A stretch of DNA of 64,000 nucleotides from the human T2T-CHM13v2.0 reference genome, Homo sapiens. The translations under genes were made by a program, and so were the position numbers. The DNA lies in assembly GCF_009914755.1 (NCBI RefSeq), contig NC_060948.1, one strand, 5' to 3'. Positions 13,822 through 33,160 of this stretch are shown here, piece after piece; position 1 is the first letter of the stretch; every line of letters begins with the position of its first letter. The notes under the pieces are model-generated. The model was not told the origin of the DNA. It made no database searches and saw nothing but the letters and a program-made list of their open reading frames with translations.

Positions 13822-15924
13822 AGATCCATATTTTTTAAATGAAAAAAAATTTCAAAGGTACTCTGCTTGGTACAATAATCAAATGTATAAACTGAGGAAT
13901 AAAACATAACCATGAAAACTACTTATAACTGCATATGGAAAATACAGAGGATAATTTTTTAAATAACATATTTTGAAAGCCTTAACTAGTAATTTGAAGA
14001 GTTGGCATTTGAAAGGCCAGTATGAATATACCTTCAAAGTAGCAACACAGGTTCCCCATGAGAAAAAGCAAACACAGGGAAAATAAAAACACAAAGGTGC
14101 AATCTCTTCTGACCTTTGAAAGACACAGCAGAGTCAGTGGTCCTTAGGACGAAGAGCAGGAGACCCCTAATTCCGTCACCATGGCGATAGGGCATAAACA
14201 TTGCTGGGTGAGGGCACAATCCACATTGTGAGGTCCAACTGCTGCCAGGAAGACAGGAGTGCTTTTACATAGACCGAAAGGTCATTGAAGGCTCAGAGTT
14301 TTGTTTCAAGAACTGAATCCCAAGCCCACACGTTATTAGGCTGCGCTTCTTAAAACAAGTTATGAGATGGGAAAAAGGGCACCCACAAACATACGTATAC
14401 ATTATGTATATAATAATATACAGTATCATATATATAATATATATAACCTATGTATAATATTGTTTTACATCCTGCATCTTATGTTATATATATTGTATAA
14501 AATATAATAATTGATAATATATAAGTTTTATAATTATACAATATGACATATAGTATATATTATAATTTATGACATATATAATATATGTTATATATCATAT
14601 ATAGAATATATTATACGGTTAATATACGTATTAAATATAAATTATACATTATATATATTATATATAATATATCTGTTATATATAATACCCATTATGCATA
14701 ATATATATATTATGTCTATGTTATATATAGTATAAAACAACATATAATAATATATAATTGTATATAAAATGCGACATATAATATATATTATATTTTATAA
14801 CATATGTACTATATATTATATATTATATATAATACGTTGTATGTATAATACCTATATTAAATATATATTATATGACTATGTTATTAATTACATGTCACAT
14901 GTGTTATATATTATATATTTTACATAGAATATACTGGTTACATACAATATATACTATGTTACCTATAATGTATAATTTATTACATGTAAAATAAAGAATG
15001 CAATATATTATGTATAATTTATAATATACAATATGTGGAATGTGATATATATAACATATAATATATGATATATGATATACAGTATATGATATATAACATA
15101 CAACATATGATTCCTAATATATATGGTATACAATATATATTTTATGATATGTATTCTATATGTTTTATATTCTGTTATATATAACTATTTGAAATTATAT
15201 ATAACTGTATAATATTTTATGTAAATATGTAATATAATATATATAACTATATAATATATTATATATAACTATATATTATGTTATATATACTTTTATAACA
15301 TAATTTACATAAAATATCATAATATAATATATATTATATTATTTCATATTACATAATATATATTACATATCACCCAATATAACTAACATACATAATATTA
15401 TAATATAGATTATATTGTGTTATATTAAATATCACATATATCATGTATCATATATTCTATAATATATATTACACATTATATAATATGTATGTTGTCTATT
15501 ATGTGATATATATAACTCTATATATAATTATATTTTTATACATATAACTAGATAAACATGTAATTCTACATATTTTCATTTATAATATGTAGAATTATAT
15601 AATCATATATAATTATTTATATTCTATAAAAAATTTTATCATTATATAAATTATAATATATAAAAATTATAATATGTACTACAAATATATATATTATATA
15701 TCATATATGATATAGTACCTTTGTTATATATCATAATACATATAAATGTGTATTATGTTGTCTATAATTATATAATTTCATATATAAGATGTATAATATG
15801 TATCACATATTATATATGTTATGTAATATATATAGTATATATAAGATGACACAGGATAAATATTATATACTATGACATATAAAATATATGAGGTTATATG
15901 TTACATATAAGGCATAGCACATAA

Positions 15925-16239
<315 letters not shown>

Positions 16240-18340
16240 AGATCCATATTTTTTAAATGAAAAAAAATTTCAAAGGTACTCTGCTTGGTACAATAATCAA
16301 ATGTATAAACTGAGGAATAAAACATAACCATGAAACCTACTTATAACTGCATATGGAAAATACAGAGGATAATTTTTTAAATAACATATTTTGAAAGCCT
16401 TAACTAGTAATTTGAAGAGTTGGCATTTGAAAGGCCAGTATGAATATACCTTCAAAGCAGCAACACAGGTTCCCCATGAGAAAAAGCAAACACAGGGAAA
16501 ATAAAAACACAAAGGTTCAATCTCTTCTGACCTTTGAAAGACACAGCACAGACAGTGGTCCTTAGGACGAAGAGCAGGAGACCCCTAATTCCGTCACCAT
16601 GGCGATAGGGCATAAACATTGCTGGGTGAGGGCACAATCCACATTGTGAGGTCCAACTGCTGCCAGGAAGACAGGAGTGCTTTTACATAGACCGAAAGGT
16701 CATTGAAGGCTCAGAGTTTTGTTTCAAGAACTGAATCCCAAGCCCACACGTTATTAGGCTGCGCTTCTTAAAACAAGTTATGAGATGGGAAAAAGGGCAC
16801 CCACAAACATACGTATACATTATGTATATAATAATATACAGTATCATATATATAATATATATAACCTATGTATAATATTGTTTTACATCCTGCATCTTAT
16901 GTTATATATATTGTATAAAATATAATAATTGATAATATATAAGTTTTATAATTATACAATATGACATATAGTATGTATTATAACTTATGACATATATAAT
17001 ATATGTTATATATCATTTATAGAATATATTATACGGTTAATATACGTATTAAATATAAATTATACATTATATATATTATATATAATATATCTGTTATATA
17101 TAATACCCATTATGCATAATATATATATTATGTCTATGTTATATATAGTATAAAACAACATATAATAATATATAATTGTATATATAAAATGCGACATATA
17201 ATGTATATTATATTTTATAACATATGTAATATATATTATATATTATATATAATACGTTGTATGTATAATACCTATATTAAATATATATTATATGACTATG
17301 TTATTAATTACATGTCACATGTGTTATATATTATATATTTTACATAGAATATACCGGTTACATACAATATATACTAAGTTACCTATAATGTATAATTTAT
17401 TACATGTAAAATAAAGAATGCAATATATTATGTATAATTTACAATATACAATATGTGGAATGTGATATATATAACATATAATATATGATATATGATATAC
17501 AGTATATGATATATAACATACAATATATGATTCCTAATATATATGGTATACAATATATATTTTATGATATGTATTCTATATGTTTTATATTCTGTTATAT
17601 ATAACTATTTGAAATTATATATAACTGTATAATATTTTATGTAAATATGTAATATAATATATATAACTATATAATATATTATATATAACTATATATTATG
17701 TTATATATACTTTTATAACATAATTTACATAAAATATCATAATATAATATATATTATATTATTTCATATTACATAATATATATTACATATCACCCAATAC
17801 AACTAACATACATAATATTATAATATAGATTATATTGTGTTATATTAAATATCATATATATCATGTATCATATATTCTATAATATATATTACACATTATA
17901 TAATATGTATGTTGTCTATTATGTGATATATATAACTCTATATATAATTATATTTTTATACATATAACTAGATAAACATGTAATTCCACATATTTTCATT
18001 TATAATATGTAGAATTATATAATCATATATATTTATATTCTATAAAAAATTTTATCATTATATAAATTATAATATATAAAAATTATAATATGTACTACAA
18101 ATATATATATTATATATCATATATGATATAGTACCTTTGTTATATATCATAATACATATAAATGTGTATTATGTTATCTATAATTATATAATTTCATATA
18201 TAAGATGTATAATATGTATCATACATTACATATGTTATGTAATATATATAGTATATATAAGATGACACAGGATAAATATTATATACTATGACATATAAAA
18301 TATATGAGGTTATATGTTACATATAAGGCATAGCACATAA

Positions 18341-18655
<315 letters not shown>

Positions 18656-20758
18656 AGATCCATATTTTTTAAATGAAAAAAAATTTCAAAGGTACTCTGC
18701 TTGGTACAATAATCAAATGTATAAACTGAGGAATAAAACATAACCATGAAACCTACTTATAAATGCATATGGAAAATACAGAGGATAATTTTTTAAATAA
18801 CATATTTTGAAAGCCTTAACTAGTAATTTGAAGAGTTGGCATTTGAAAGGCCAGTATGAATATACCTTCAAAGCAGCAACACAGGTTCCCCATGAGAAAA
18901 AGCAAACACAGGGAAAATAAAAACACAAAGGTTCAATCTCTTCTGACCTTTGAAAGACACAGCACAGACAGTGGTCCTTAGGACGAAGAGCAGGACACCC
19001 CTAATTCCGTCACCATGGCGATAGGGCATAAACATTGCTGGGTGAGGGCACAATCCACATTGTGAGGTCCAACTGCTGCCAGGAAGACAGGAGTGCTTTT
19101 ACATAGACCGAAAGGTCATTGAAGGCTCAGAGTTTTGTTTCAAGAACTGAATCCCAAGCCCACACGTTATTAGGCTGCGCTTCTTAAAACAAGTTATGAG
19201 ATGGGAAAAAGGGCACCCACAAACATACGTATACATTATGTATATAATAATATACAGTATCATATATAATATATATAACCTATGTATAATATTGTTTTAC
19301 ATCCTGCATCTTATGTTATATATATTGTATAAAATATAATAATTGATAATATATAAGTTTTATAATTATACAATATGACATATAGTATATATTATAATTT
19401 ATGACATATATAATATATGTTACATATCATATATAGAATATATTATACGGTTAATATACGTATTAAATATAAATTATACATTATATATATTATATATAAT
19501 ATATCTGTTATATATAATACCCATTATGCATAATATATATATTATGTCTATGTTATATATAGTATAAAACAACATATAATAATATATAATTGTATATATA
19601 AAATGTGACATATAATATATATTATATTTTATAACATATGTAATATATATTATATATTATATATAACACGTTGTATGTATAATACCTATATTAAATATAT
19701 ATTATATGACTATGTTATTAATTACATGTCACATGTGTTATTTATTATATATTTTACATAGAATATACCGGTTACATACAATATATACTATGTTACCTAT
19801 AATGTATAATTTATTACATGTAAAATAAAGAATGCAATATATTATGTATAATTTATAATATACAATATGTGGAATGTGATATATATAACATATAATATAT
19901 GATATATGATATACAGTATATGATATATAACATACAATATATGATTCCTAATATATATGGTATACAATATGTATTTTATGATATGTATTCTATATGTTTT
20001 ATATTCTGTTATATATAACTATTTGAAATTATATATAACTGTATAATATTTTATGTAAATATGTAATATAATATATATAACTATATAATATATTATATAT
20101 AACTATATATTATGTTATATATACTTTTATAACATAATTTACATAAAATATCATAATATAATATATATTATATTATTTCATATTACATAATATATATTAC
20201 ATATCACCCAATATAACTAACATACATAATATTATAATATAGATTATATTGTGTTATATTAAATATCATATATATCATGTATCATATATTCTATAATATA
20301 TATTACACATTATATAATATGTATGTTGTCTATTATGTGATATATATAACTCTATATATAATTATATTTTTATACATATAACTAGATAAACATGTAATTC
20401 TACATATTTTCATTTATAATATGTAGAATTATATAATCATATATAATTATTTATATTCTATAAAAAATTTTATCATTATATAAATTATAATATATAAAAA
20501 TTATAATATGTACTACAAATATATATATTATATATCATATATGATATAGTACCTTTGTTATATATCATAATACATATAAATGTGTATTATGTTATCTATA
20601 ATTATATAATTTCATATATAAGATGTATAATATGTATCATATATTATATATGTTATGTAATATATACAGTATATATAAGATGACACAGGATAAATATTAT
20701 ATACTATGACATATAAAATATATGAGGTTATATGTTACATATAAGGCATAGCACATAA

Positions 20759-21073
<315 letters not shown>

Positions 21074-23194
21074 AGATCCATATTTTATAAATGAAAAAAA
21101 ATTTCAAAGGTACTCTGCTTGGTACAATAATCAAATGTATAAACTGAGGAATAAAACATAACCATGAAACCTACTTATAACTGCATATGGAAAATACAGA
21201 GGATAATTTTTTAAATAACATATTTTGAAAGCCTTAACTAGTAATTTGAAGAGTTGGCATTTGAAAGGCCAGTATGAATATACCTTCAAAGCAGCAACAC
21301 AGGTTCCCCATGAGAAAAAGCAAACACAGGGGAAATAAAAACACAGAGGTTCAATCTCTTCTGACCTTTGAAAGACACAGCACAGACAGTGGTCCTTAGG
21401 ACGAAGAGCAGGAGACCCCTAATTCCGTCACCATGGCGATAGGGCATAAACATTGCTGGGTGAGGGCACAATCCACATTGTGAGGTCCAACTGCTGCCAG
21501 GAAGACAGGAGTGCTTTTACATAGACCGAAAGGTCATTGAAGGCTCAGAGTTTTGTTTCAAGAACTGAATCCCAAGCCCACACGTTATTAGGCTGCGCTT
21601 CTTAAAACAAGTTATGAGATGGGAAAAAGGGCACCCACAAACATACGTATACATTATGTATATAATAATATACAGTATCATATATATAATATATATAACC
21701 TATGTATAATATTGTTTTACATCCTGCATCTTATGTTATATTTATTGTATAAAATATAATAATTGATAATATATAAGTTTTATAATTATACAATACGACA
21801 TATAGTACATATTATAATTTATGACATATATAGTATATGTTATATATCATATATAGAATATATTATACGGTTAATATACGTATTAAATATAAATTATACA
21901 TTATATATATTATATATAATATATCTGTTATATATAATACCCATTATGCATAATATATATATTATGTCTATGTTATATATAGTATAAAACAACATATAAT
22001 AATATATAATTGTATATATAAAATGCGACATATAATATATATTATATTTTATAACATATGTAATATATATTATATATAACACGTTGTATGTAAAATACCT
22101 ATATTAAATATATGTTATATGACTGTGTTATTAATTACATGTCACATGTGTTATATATTATATATTTTACATAGAATATACCGGTTACATACAATATATA
22201 CTATGTTACCTATAATGTATAATTTATTACATGTAAAATAAAGAATGCAATATATTATGTATAATTTATAACATACAATATGTGGAATGTGATATATATA
22301 ACATATAATATATGATATATGATATACAGTATATGATATATAACATACAATATATGATTCCTAATATATATGGTATACAATATATATTTTATGATATGTA
22401 TTCTATATGTTTTATATTCTGTTATATATAACTATTTGAAATTACATATAACTGTATAATATTTTATGTAAATATGTAATATAATATATATAACTATATA
22501 ATATATTATATATAACTATATATTATGTTATATATACTTTTATAACATAATTTATATAAAATATCATAATATAATATATATTATATTATTTCATATTACA
22601 TAATATATATTACATATCACCCAATATAACTAACATACATAATATTATAATATAGATTATATTATGTTATGTTAAATATCATATATATCATGTATCATAT
22701 ATTCTATAATATATATTACACATTATATAATATGTATGTTGTCTATTATGTGATATATATAACTATATATATAATTTTATATTTATACATATAACTAGAT
22801 AAACATGTAATTCTACATATTTTCATTTATAATATGTAGAATTATATAATCATATATAATTATTTATATTCTATAAAAAATTTTATCATTATATAAATTA
22901 TAATATATATAAATTATAATATGTACTACAAATATATATATTATATATCATATATGATATAGTACCTTTGTTATATATCATAATACATATAAATGTGTAT
23001 TATGTTATCTATAATTATATAATTTCATATATAAGATGTATAATATGTATCATATATTATATATGTTATGTAATATATACAGCATATATAAGATGACACA
23101 GGATAAATATTATATACTATGACATATAAAATATATGAGGTTATATGTTACATAAAAGGCATAGCACATAACATGTAATATATATCATATATAA

Positions 23195-23486
23195 TTTTTT
23201 TTTATACAGAATCTTGTCCTGTTGCACAGGGTGGGGTACAATGGCGCCATCTTTGCTCACTACAACTTCTGCCTCACGGGTCCAAGCGATTGTCCTCCCT
23301 CAGCCTCCCAGGTAGCTGGGACTACACCACACTGGGACTACACCAGCTGCCACCATGCCTAGCTAATTTTTTGGATTTTTAGTAGTGACAGCGTTTCACT
23401 GTATTGGCCAGGATGGTCTTGATCTCTTCACCTTGTGATCCCCTTGACTTGGCCTCCAAATTTGCTGGGATTACAGGCCTGAGCCA
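23195..23486 (-). mobile_element. Diverged Alu, U10
   Basis: Copy of U1 Alu. Confidence 0.95.
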
Positions 23487-25591
23487 AGATCCATATTTTT
23501 TAAATGAAAAAAAATTTCAAAGGTACTCTGCTTGGTACAATAATCAAATGTATAAACTGAGGAATAAAACATAACCATGAAACCTACTTATAACTGCATA
23601 TGGAAAATACAGAGGATAATTTTTTAAATAACATATTTTGAAAGCCTTAACTAGTAATTTGAAGAGTTGGCATTTGAAAGGCCAGTATGAATATACCTTC
23701 AAAGCAGCAACACAGGTTCCCCATGAGGAAAAGCAAACACAGGGAAAATAAAAACACAAAGGTTCAATCTCTTCTGACCTTTGAAAGACACAGCACAGAC
23801 AGTGGTCGTTAGGACGAAGAGCAGGAGACCCCTAATTCCGTCACCATGGCGATAGGGCATAAACATTGCTGGGTGAGGGCACAATCCACATTGTGAGGTC
23901 CAACTGCTGCCAGGAAGACAGGAGTGCTTTTACATAGACCGAAAGGTCATTGAAGGCTCAGAGTTTTGTTTCAAGAACTGAATCCCAAGCCCACACGTTA
24001 TTAGGCTGCGCTTCTTAAAACAAGTTATGAGATGGGAAAAAGGGCACCCACAAACATACGTATACATTATGTATATAATAATATACAGTATCATATATAT
24101 AATATATATAACCTATGTATAATATTGTTTTACATCCTGCATCTTATGTTATATATATTGTATAAAATATAATAATTGATAATATATAAGTTTTATAATT
24201 ATACAATATGACATATAGTATATATTATAATTTATGACATATATAATATATGTTATATATCATATATAGAATATATTATACGGTTAATATACGTATTAAA
24301 TATAAATTATACATTATATATATTATATATAATATATCTGTTATATATAATACCCATTATGCATAATATATATATTATGTCTATGTTATATATAGTATAA
24401 AACAACATATAATAATATATAATTGTATATATAAAATGTGACATATAATATATATTATATTTTATAACATATGTAATATATATTATATATTATATATAAC
24501 ACGTTGTATGTATAATACCTATATTAAATATATATTATATGACTATGTTATTAATTACATGTCACATGTGTTATATATTATATATTTTACATAGAATATA
24601 CCGGTTACATACAATATATACTATGTTACCTATAATGTATAATTTATTACATGTAAAATAAAGAATGCAATATATTATGTATAATTTATAATATACAATA
24701 TGTGGAATGTGATATATATAACATATAATATATGATATATGATATACAGTATATGATATATAACATACAATATATGATTCCTAATATATATGGTATACAA
24801 TATATATTTTATGATATGTATTCTATATGTTTTATATTCTGTTATATATAACTATTTGAAATTATATATAACTGTATAATATTTTATGTAAATATGTAAT
24901 ATAATATATATAACTATATAATATATTATATATAACTATATATTATGTTATATATACTTTTATAACATAATTTACATAAAATATCATAATATAATATATA
25001 TTATATTATTTCATATTACATAATATATATTACATATCACCCAATATAACTAACATACATAATATTATAATATAGATTATATTATGTTATATTAAATATC
25101 ATATATATCATGTATCATATATTCTATAATATATATTACACATTATATAATATGTATGTTGTCTATTATGTGATATATATAACTCTATATATAATTATAT
25201 TTTTATACATATAACTAGATAAACATGTAATTCTACATATTTTCATTTATAATATGTAGAATTATATAATCATATATAATTATTTATATTCTATAAAAAA
25301 TTTTATCATTATATAAATTATAATATATAAAAATTATAATATGTACTACAAATATATATATTATATATCATATATGATACAGTACCTTTGTTATATATCA
25401 TAATACATATAAATGTGTATTATGTTATCTATAATTATATAATTTCATATATAAGATGTATAATATGTATCATATATTATATATGTTATGTAATATATAT
25501 AGTATATATAAGATGACACAGGATAAATATTATATACTATGACATATAAAATATATGAGGTTATATGTTACATATAAGGCATAGCACATAA

Positions 25592-25906
<315 letters not shown>

Positions 25907-28034
25907 AGATCCATATTTTTTAAATGAAAAAAAATTTCAAAGGTACTCTGCTTGGTACAATAATCAAATGTATAAACTGAGGAATAAAACATAACCATGA
26001 AACCTACTTATAACTGCATATGGAAAATACAGAGGATAATTTTTTAAATAACATATTTTGAAAGCCTTAACTAGTAATTTGAAGAGTTGGCATTTGAAAG
26101 GCCAGTATGAATATACCTTCAAAGCAGCAACACAGGTTCCCCATGAGAAAAAGCAAACACAGGGAAAATAAAAACACAAAGGTTCAATCTCTTCTGACCT
26201 TTGAAAGACACAGCACAGACAGTGGTCCTTAGGACGAAGAGCAGGAGACCCCTAATTCCGTCACCATGGCGATAGGGCATAAACATTGCTGGGTGAGGGC
26301 ACAATCCACATAGTGAGGTCCAACTGCTGCCAGGAAGACAGGAGTGCTTTTACATAGACCGAAAGGTCATTGAAGGCTCAGAGTTTTGTTTCAAGAACTG
26401 AATCCCAAGCCCACACGTTATTAGGCTGCGCTTCTTAAAACAAGTTATGAGATGGGAAAAAGGGCACCCACAAACATACGTATACATTATGTATATAATA
26501 ATATAGAGTGTCATATATATAATATATATAACGTATGTATAATATTGTTTTACATCCTGCATCTTATGTTATATATATTGTATAAAATATAATAATTGAT
26601 AATATATAAGTTTTATAATTATACAATATGACATATAGTATATATTATAATTTATGACATATATAATATATGTTATATATCATATACAGAATATATTATA
26701 CGGTTAATATACGTATTAAATATAAATTATACATTATATATATTATATATAATATATCTGTTATATATAATACCCATTATGCATAATATATATATTATGT
26801 CTATGTTATATATAGTATAAAACAACATATAATAATATATAATTGTATATATAAAATGCGACATATAATATATATTATATTTTATAACATATGTAATATA
26901 TATTATATATTATATATAATACGTTGTATGTATAATACCTATATTAAATATATATTATATGACTATGTTATTAATTACATGTCATATGTGTTATATATTA
27001 TATATTTTACATAGAATATACCGGTTACATACAATATACACTATGTTACGTATAATGTATAATTTATTACATGTAAAATAAAGAATGCAATATATTATGT
27101 ATAATTTATAATATACAATATGTGGAATGTGATATATATAACATATAATATATGATATATGATATACAGTATATGATATATAACATACAATATATGATTC
27201 CTAATATATATGGTATACAATATATATTTTATGATATGTATTCTATATGTTTTATATTCTGTTATATATAACTATTTGAAATTATATGTAACTGTATAAT
27301 ATTTTATGTAAATATGTAATATAATATATATAAATATATAATATATTATATATAACTATATATTATGTTATATATACTTTTATAACATAATTTACATAAA
27401 ATATCATAACATAATATATATTATATTATTACATATTACATAATATATATTACATATCACCCAATATAACTAACATACATAATATTATAATATAGATTAT
27501 ATTGTGTTATATTAAATATCATATATATCAGGTATCATATATTCTATAATATATATTACACATTATATAATATGTATGTTGTCTATTATGTGATATATAT
27601 AACTCTATATATAATTATATTTTTATACATATAACTAGATAAACATGTAATTCTACATATTTTCATTTATAATATGTAGAATTATATAATCATATATAAT
27701 TATTTATATTCTATAAAAAATTTTATCATTATATAAATTATAATATATAAAAATTATAATATGTACTACAAATATATATATTATATATCATATATGATAT
27801 AGTACCTTTGTTATATATCATAATACATATAAATGTGTATTATGTTATGTATAATTATATAATTTCATATATAAGATGTATAATATGTATCATATATTAT
27901 ATATGTTATGTAATATATATAGTATATATAAGATGACACAGGATAAATATTATATACTATGACATATAAAATATATGAGCTTATATTTTACATATAAGGC
28001 ATAGCACATAACATGTAATATATATCATATATAA

Positions 28035-28326
28035 TTTTTTTTTAGACAGAATCTTGTCCTGTTGCACAGGGTGGGGTACAATGGCGCCATCTTTGCTCAC
28101 TGCAACTTCTGCCTCACGGGTCCAAGCGATGGTCCTCCCTCAGCCTCCCAGGTAGCTGGGACTACACCACACTGGGACTACACCAGCTGCCACCATGCCT
28201 AGCTAATTTTTTGGATTTTTAGTAGTGACAGCGTTTCACTGTATTGGCCAGGATGGTCTTGATCTCTTCACCTTGTGATCCCCTTGCCTTGGCCTCCAAA
28301 TTTGCTGGGATTACAGGCCTGAGCCA
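28035..28326 (-). mobile_element. Diverged Alu, U12
   Basis: Copy of U1 Alu. Confidence 0.95.
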
Positions 28327-30431
28327 AGATCCATATTTTTTAAATGAAAAAAAATTTCAAAGGTACTCTGCTTGGTACAATAATCAAATGTATAAACTGA
28401 GGAATAAAACATACCCATGAAACCTACTTATAACTGCATATGGAAAATACAGAGGATAATTTTTTAAATAACATATTTTGAAAGCCTTAACTAGTAATTT
28501 GAAGAGTTGGCATTTGAAAGGCCAGTATGAATATACCTTCAAAGCAGCAACACAGGTTCCCCATGAGAAAAAGCAAACACAGGGAAAATAAAAACACAAA
28601 GGTTCAATCTCTTCTGACCTTTGAAAGACACAGCACAGACAGTGGTCCTTAGGACGAAGAGCAGGAGACCCCTAATTCCGTCACCATGGCGATAGGGCAT
28701 AAACATTGCTGGGTGAGGGCACAATCCACATTGTGAGGTCCAACTGCTGCCAGGAAGACAGGAGTGCTTTTACATAGACCGAAAGGTCATTGAAGGCTCA
28801 GAGTTTTGTTTCAAGAACTGAATCCCAAGCCCACACGTTATTAGGCTGCGCTTCTTAAAACAAGTTATGAGATGGGAAAAAGGGCACCCACAAACATACC
28901 TATACATTATGTATATAATAATATAGAGTGTCATATATATAATATATATAACCTATGTATAATATTGTTTTACATCCTGCATCTTATGTTATATATATTG
29001 TATAAAATATAATAATAGATAATATATAAGTTTTATAATTATACAATATGACATATAGTATATATTTTAATTTATGACATATATAATATATGTTATATAT
29101 CATATACAGAATATATTATACGGTTAATATACGTATTAAATATAAATTATACATTATATATATTATATATAATATATCTGTTATATATAATACCCATTAT
29201 GCATAATATATATATTATGTCTATGTTATATATAGTATAAAACAACATATAATAATATATAATTGTATATATAAAATGCGACATATAATATATATTATAT
29301 TTTATACTATATGTAATATATATTATATATTATATATAATACGTTGTATGTATAATACCTATATTAAATATATATTATATGACTATGTTATTAATTACAT
29401 GTCACATGTGTTATATATTATATATTTTACATAGAATATACCGGTTACATACAATATATACTATGTTACCTATAATGTATAATTTATTACATGTAAAATA
29501 AAGAATGCAATATATTATGTATAATTTATAATATACAATATGTGGAATGTGATATATATAACATATAATATATGATATATGATATACAGTATATGATATA
29601 TAACATACAATATATGATTCCTAATATATATGGTATACAATATATATTTTATGATATGTATTCTATATGTTTTATATTCTGTTATATATAACTATTTGAA
29701 ATTATATATAACTGTATAATATTTTATGTAAATATGTAATATAATATATATAACTATATAATATATTATATATAACTATATATTATGTTATATATACTTT
29801 TATAACATAATTTACATAAAATATCATAATATAATATATATTATATTATTTCATATTACATAATATATATTACATATCACCCAATATAACTAACATACAT
29901 AATATTATAATATAGATTATATTGTGTTATATTAAATATCATATATATCATGTATCATATATTCTATAATATATATTACACATTATATAATATGTATGTT
30001 GTCTATAATGTGATATATATAACTATATATATAATTATATTTTTATACATATAACTAGATAAACATGTAATTCTACATATTTTCATTTATAATATGTAGA
30101 ATTATATAATCATATATAATTACTTATATTCCATAAAAAATTATAACATTATATAAATTATAATATATAAAAATTATAATATGTACTACAAATATATATA
30201 TTATATATCATGTATGATATAGTACCTTTGTTATATATCATAATACATATAAATGTGTATTATGTTATCTATAATTATATAATTTCATATATAAGATGTA
30301 TAATATGTATCATATATTATATATGTTATGTAATATATATAGTATATATAAGATGACACAGGATAAATATTATATACTATGACATATAAAATATATGAGG
30401 TTATATGTTACGTATAAGGCATAGCACATAA

Positions 30432-30746
<315 letters not shown>

Positions 30747-32868
30747 AGATCCATATTTTTTAAATGAAAAAAAATTTCAAAGGTACTCTGCTTGGTACAA
30801 TAATCAAATGTATAAACTGAGGAATAAAACATAACCATGAAACCTACTTATAACTGCATATGGAAAATACAGAGGATAATTTTTTAAATAACATATTTTG
30901 AAAGCCTTAACTAGTAATTTGAAGAGTTGGCATTTGAAAGGCCAGTATGAATATACCTTCAAAGCAGCAACACAGGTTCCCCATGAGAAAAAGCAAACTC
31001 AGGGAAAATAAAACCACAAAGGTTCAATCTCTTCTGACCTTTGAAAGACACAGCACAGACAGTGGTCCTTAGGACGAAGAGCAGGAGACCCCTAATTCCG
31101 TCACCATGGCGATAGGGCATAAACATTGCTGGGTGAGGGCACAATCCACATTGAGAGGTCCAACTGCTGCCAGGAAGACAGGAGTGCTTTTACATAGACT
31201 GAAAGGTCATTGAAGGCTCAGAGTTTTGTTTCAAGAACTGAATCCCAAGCCCACACGTTATTAGGCTGCGCTTCTTAAAACAAGTTATGAGATGGGAAAA
31301 AGGGCACCCACAAACATACGTATACATTATGTATATAATAATATACAGTATCATATATATAATATATATAACCTATGTATAATATTGTTTTACATCATGC
31401 ATCTTATATTATATATATTGTATAAAATATAATAATTCATAATATATAACGTTTATATTTATACAATATGACATATAGTATATATTATAATTTATGACAT
31501 ATATAATATATGTTATATATCATATATAGAATATATTATACGGTTAATATACGTATTAAATATAAATTATACATTATATATATTATATAAAATATATCTG
31601 TTATATATAATACCCTTTATGCATAATATATATATTATGTCTATGTTATATATAGTATAAAACAACATATAATAATATATAATTGTATATATAAAATGCG
31701 ACATATAATATATATTAAATTTTATGACATATGTAATATATATTATAAATTATATATAATACGTTGTATGTATAATACCTATATTAAATATATATTATAT
31801 GACTATGTTATTAATTACATGTCACATATGTTATATATTACATATTTTACATAGAATATACCGGTTACATGCAATATATACTATGTTACCTATAATGTAT
31901 AATTGATTACATGTAAAATAAAGAATGCAATATATTATGTATAATTTATAATATACAATATGTGGAATGTGATATATATAACATATAATATATGATATAT
32001 GATATACAGTATATGATATATAACATACAATATATGATACCTAATATATATGGTATACAATATATATTTTATGTATTCTATATGTTTTATATTCTGTTAT
32101 ATATAACTATTTGAAATTATATATAACTGTATAATATTTTATGCAAATATGTAATATAATATATATAACTATATAATATATTACATATAACTATATATTA
32201 TGTTATATATACTTTTATAACATAATTTACGTTAAATATCATAATATAATATATATTATATTATTTCACATTACATAATATATATTACATATCACCCAAT
32301 ATAAGTAACATACATAATATTATAATATAGATTATATTATGTTATATTAAATATCATATATATCATGTATCATATATTCTATAATATATATTACACATTA
32401 TATAATATGTATGTTGTCTATTATGTGATATATATAACTATATATATAATTATATTATTATACATATAACTAGATAAACATGTAATTCTACATATTTTCA
32501 TTTATAATATATAGAATTATATAATCATATATAATTATTTATATTCTATAAAAAATTATATCTTTATATAAATTATAATATAAAAAATTATAATATGTAC
32601 TACAAATATACATATTATATATCATATATGATATAGTACCTTTGTTATATATCATAATACATATAAATGTGTATTATGTTATCTATAATTATATAATTTC
32701 ATATATAAGATGTATAATATGTATTATATATTGTCTATGTTATGTAATATATCTAGTATATGTAAGCTGACACAGGATAAATATTATATACTATGACATA
32801 TAAAATATATGAGGTTATATGTTACATATAAGGCATAGCACATAACATGTAATATATATCATATATAA

Positions 32869-33160
<292 letters not shown>

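Noticed and set aside
26350-26562. 70-aa ORF (also 40852-41064)
   Set aside because: It is opened by different single substitutions in two units and is not conserved in the other units.
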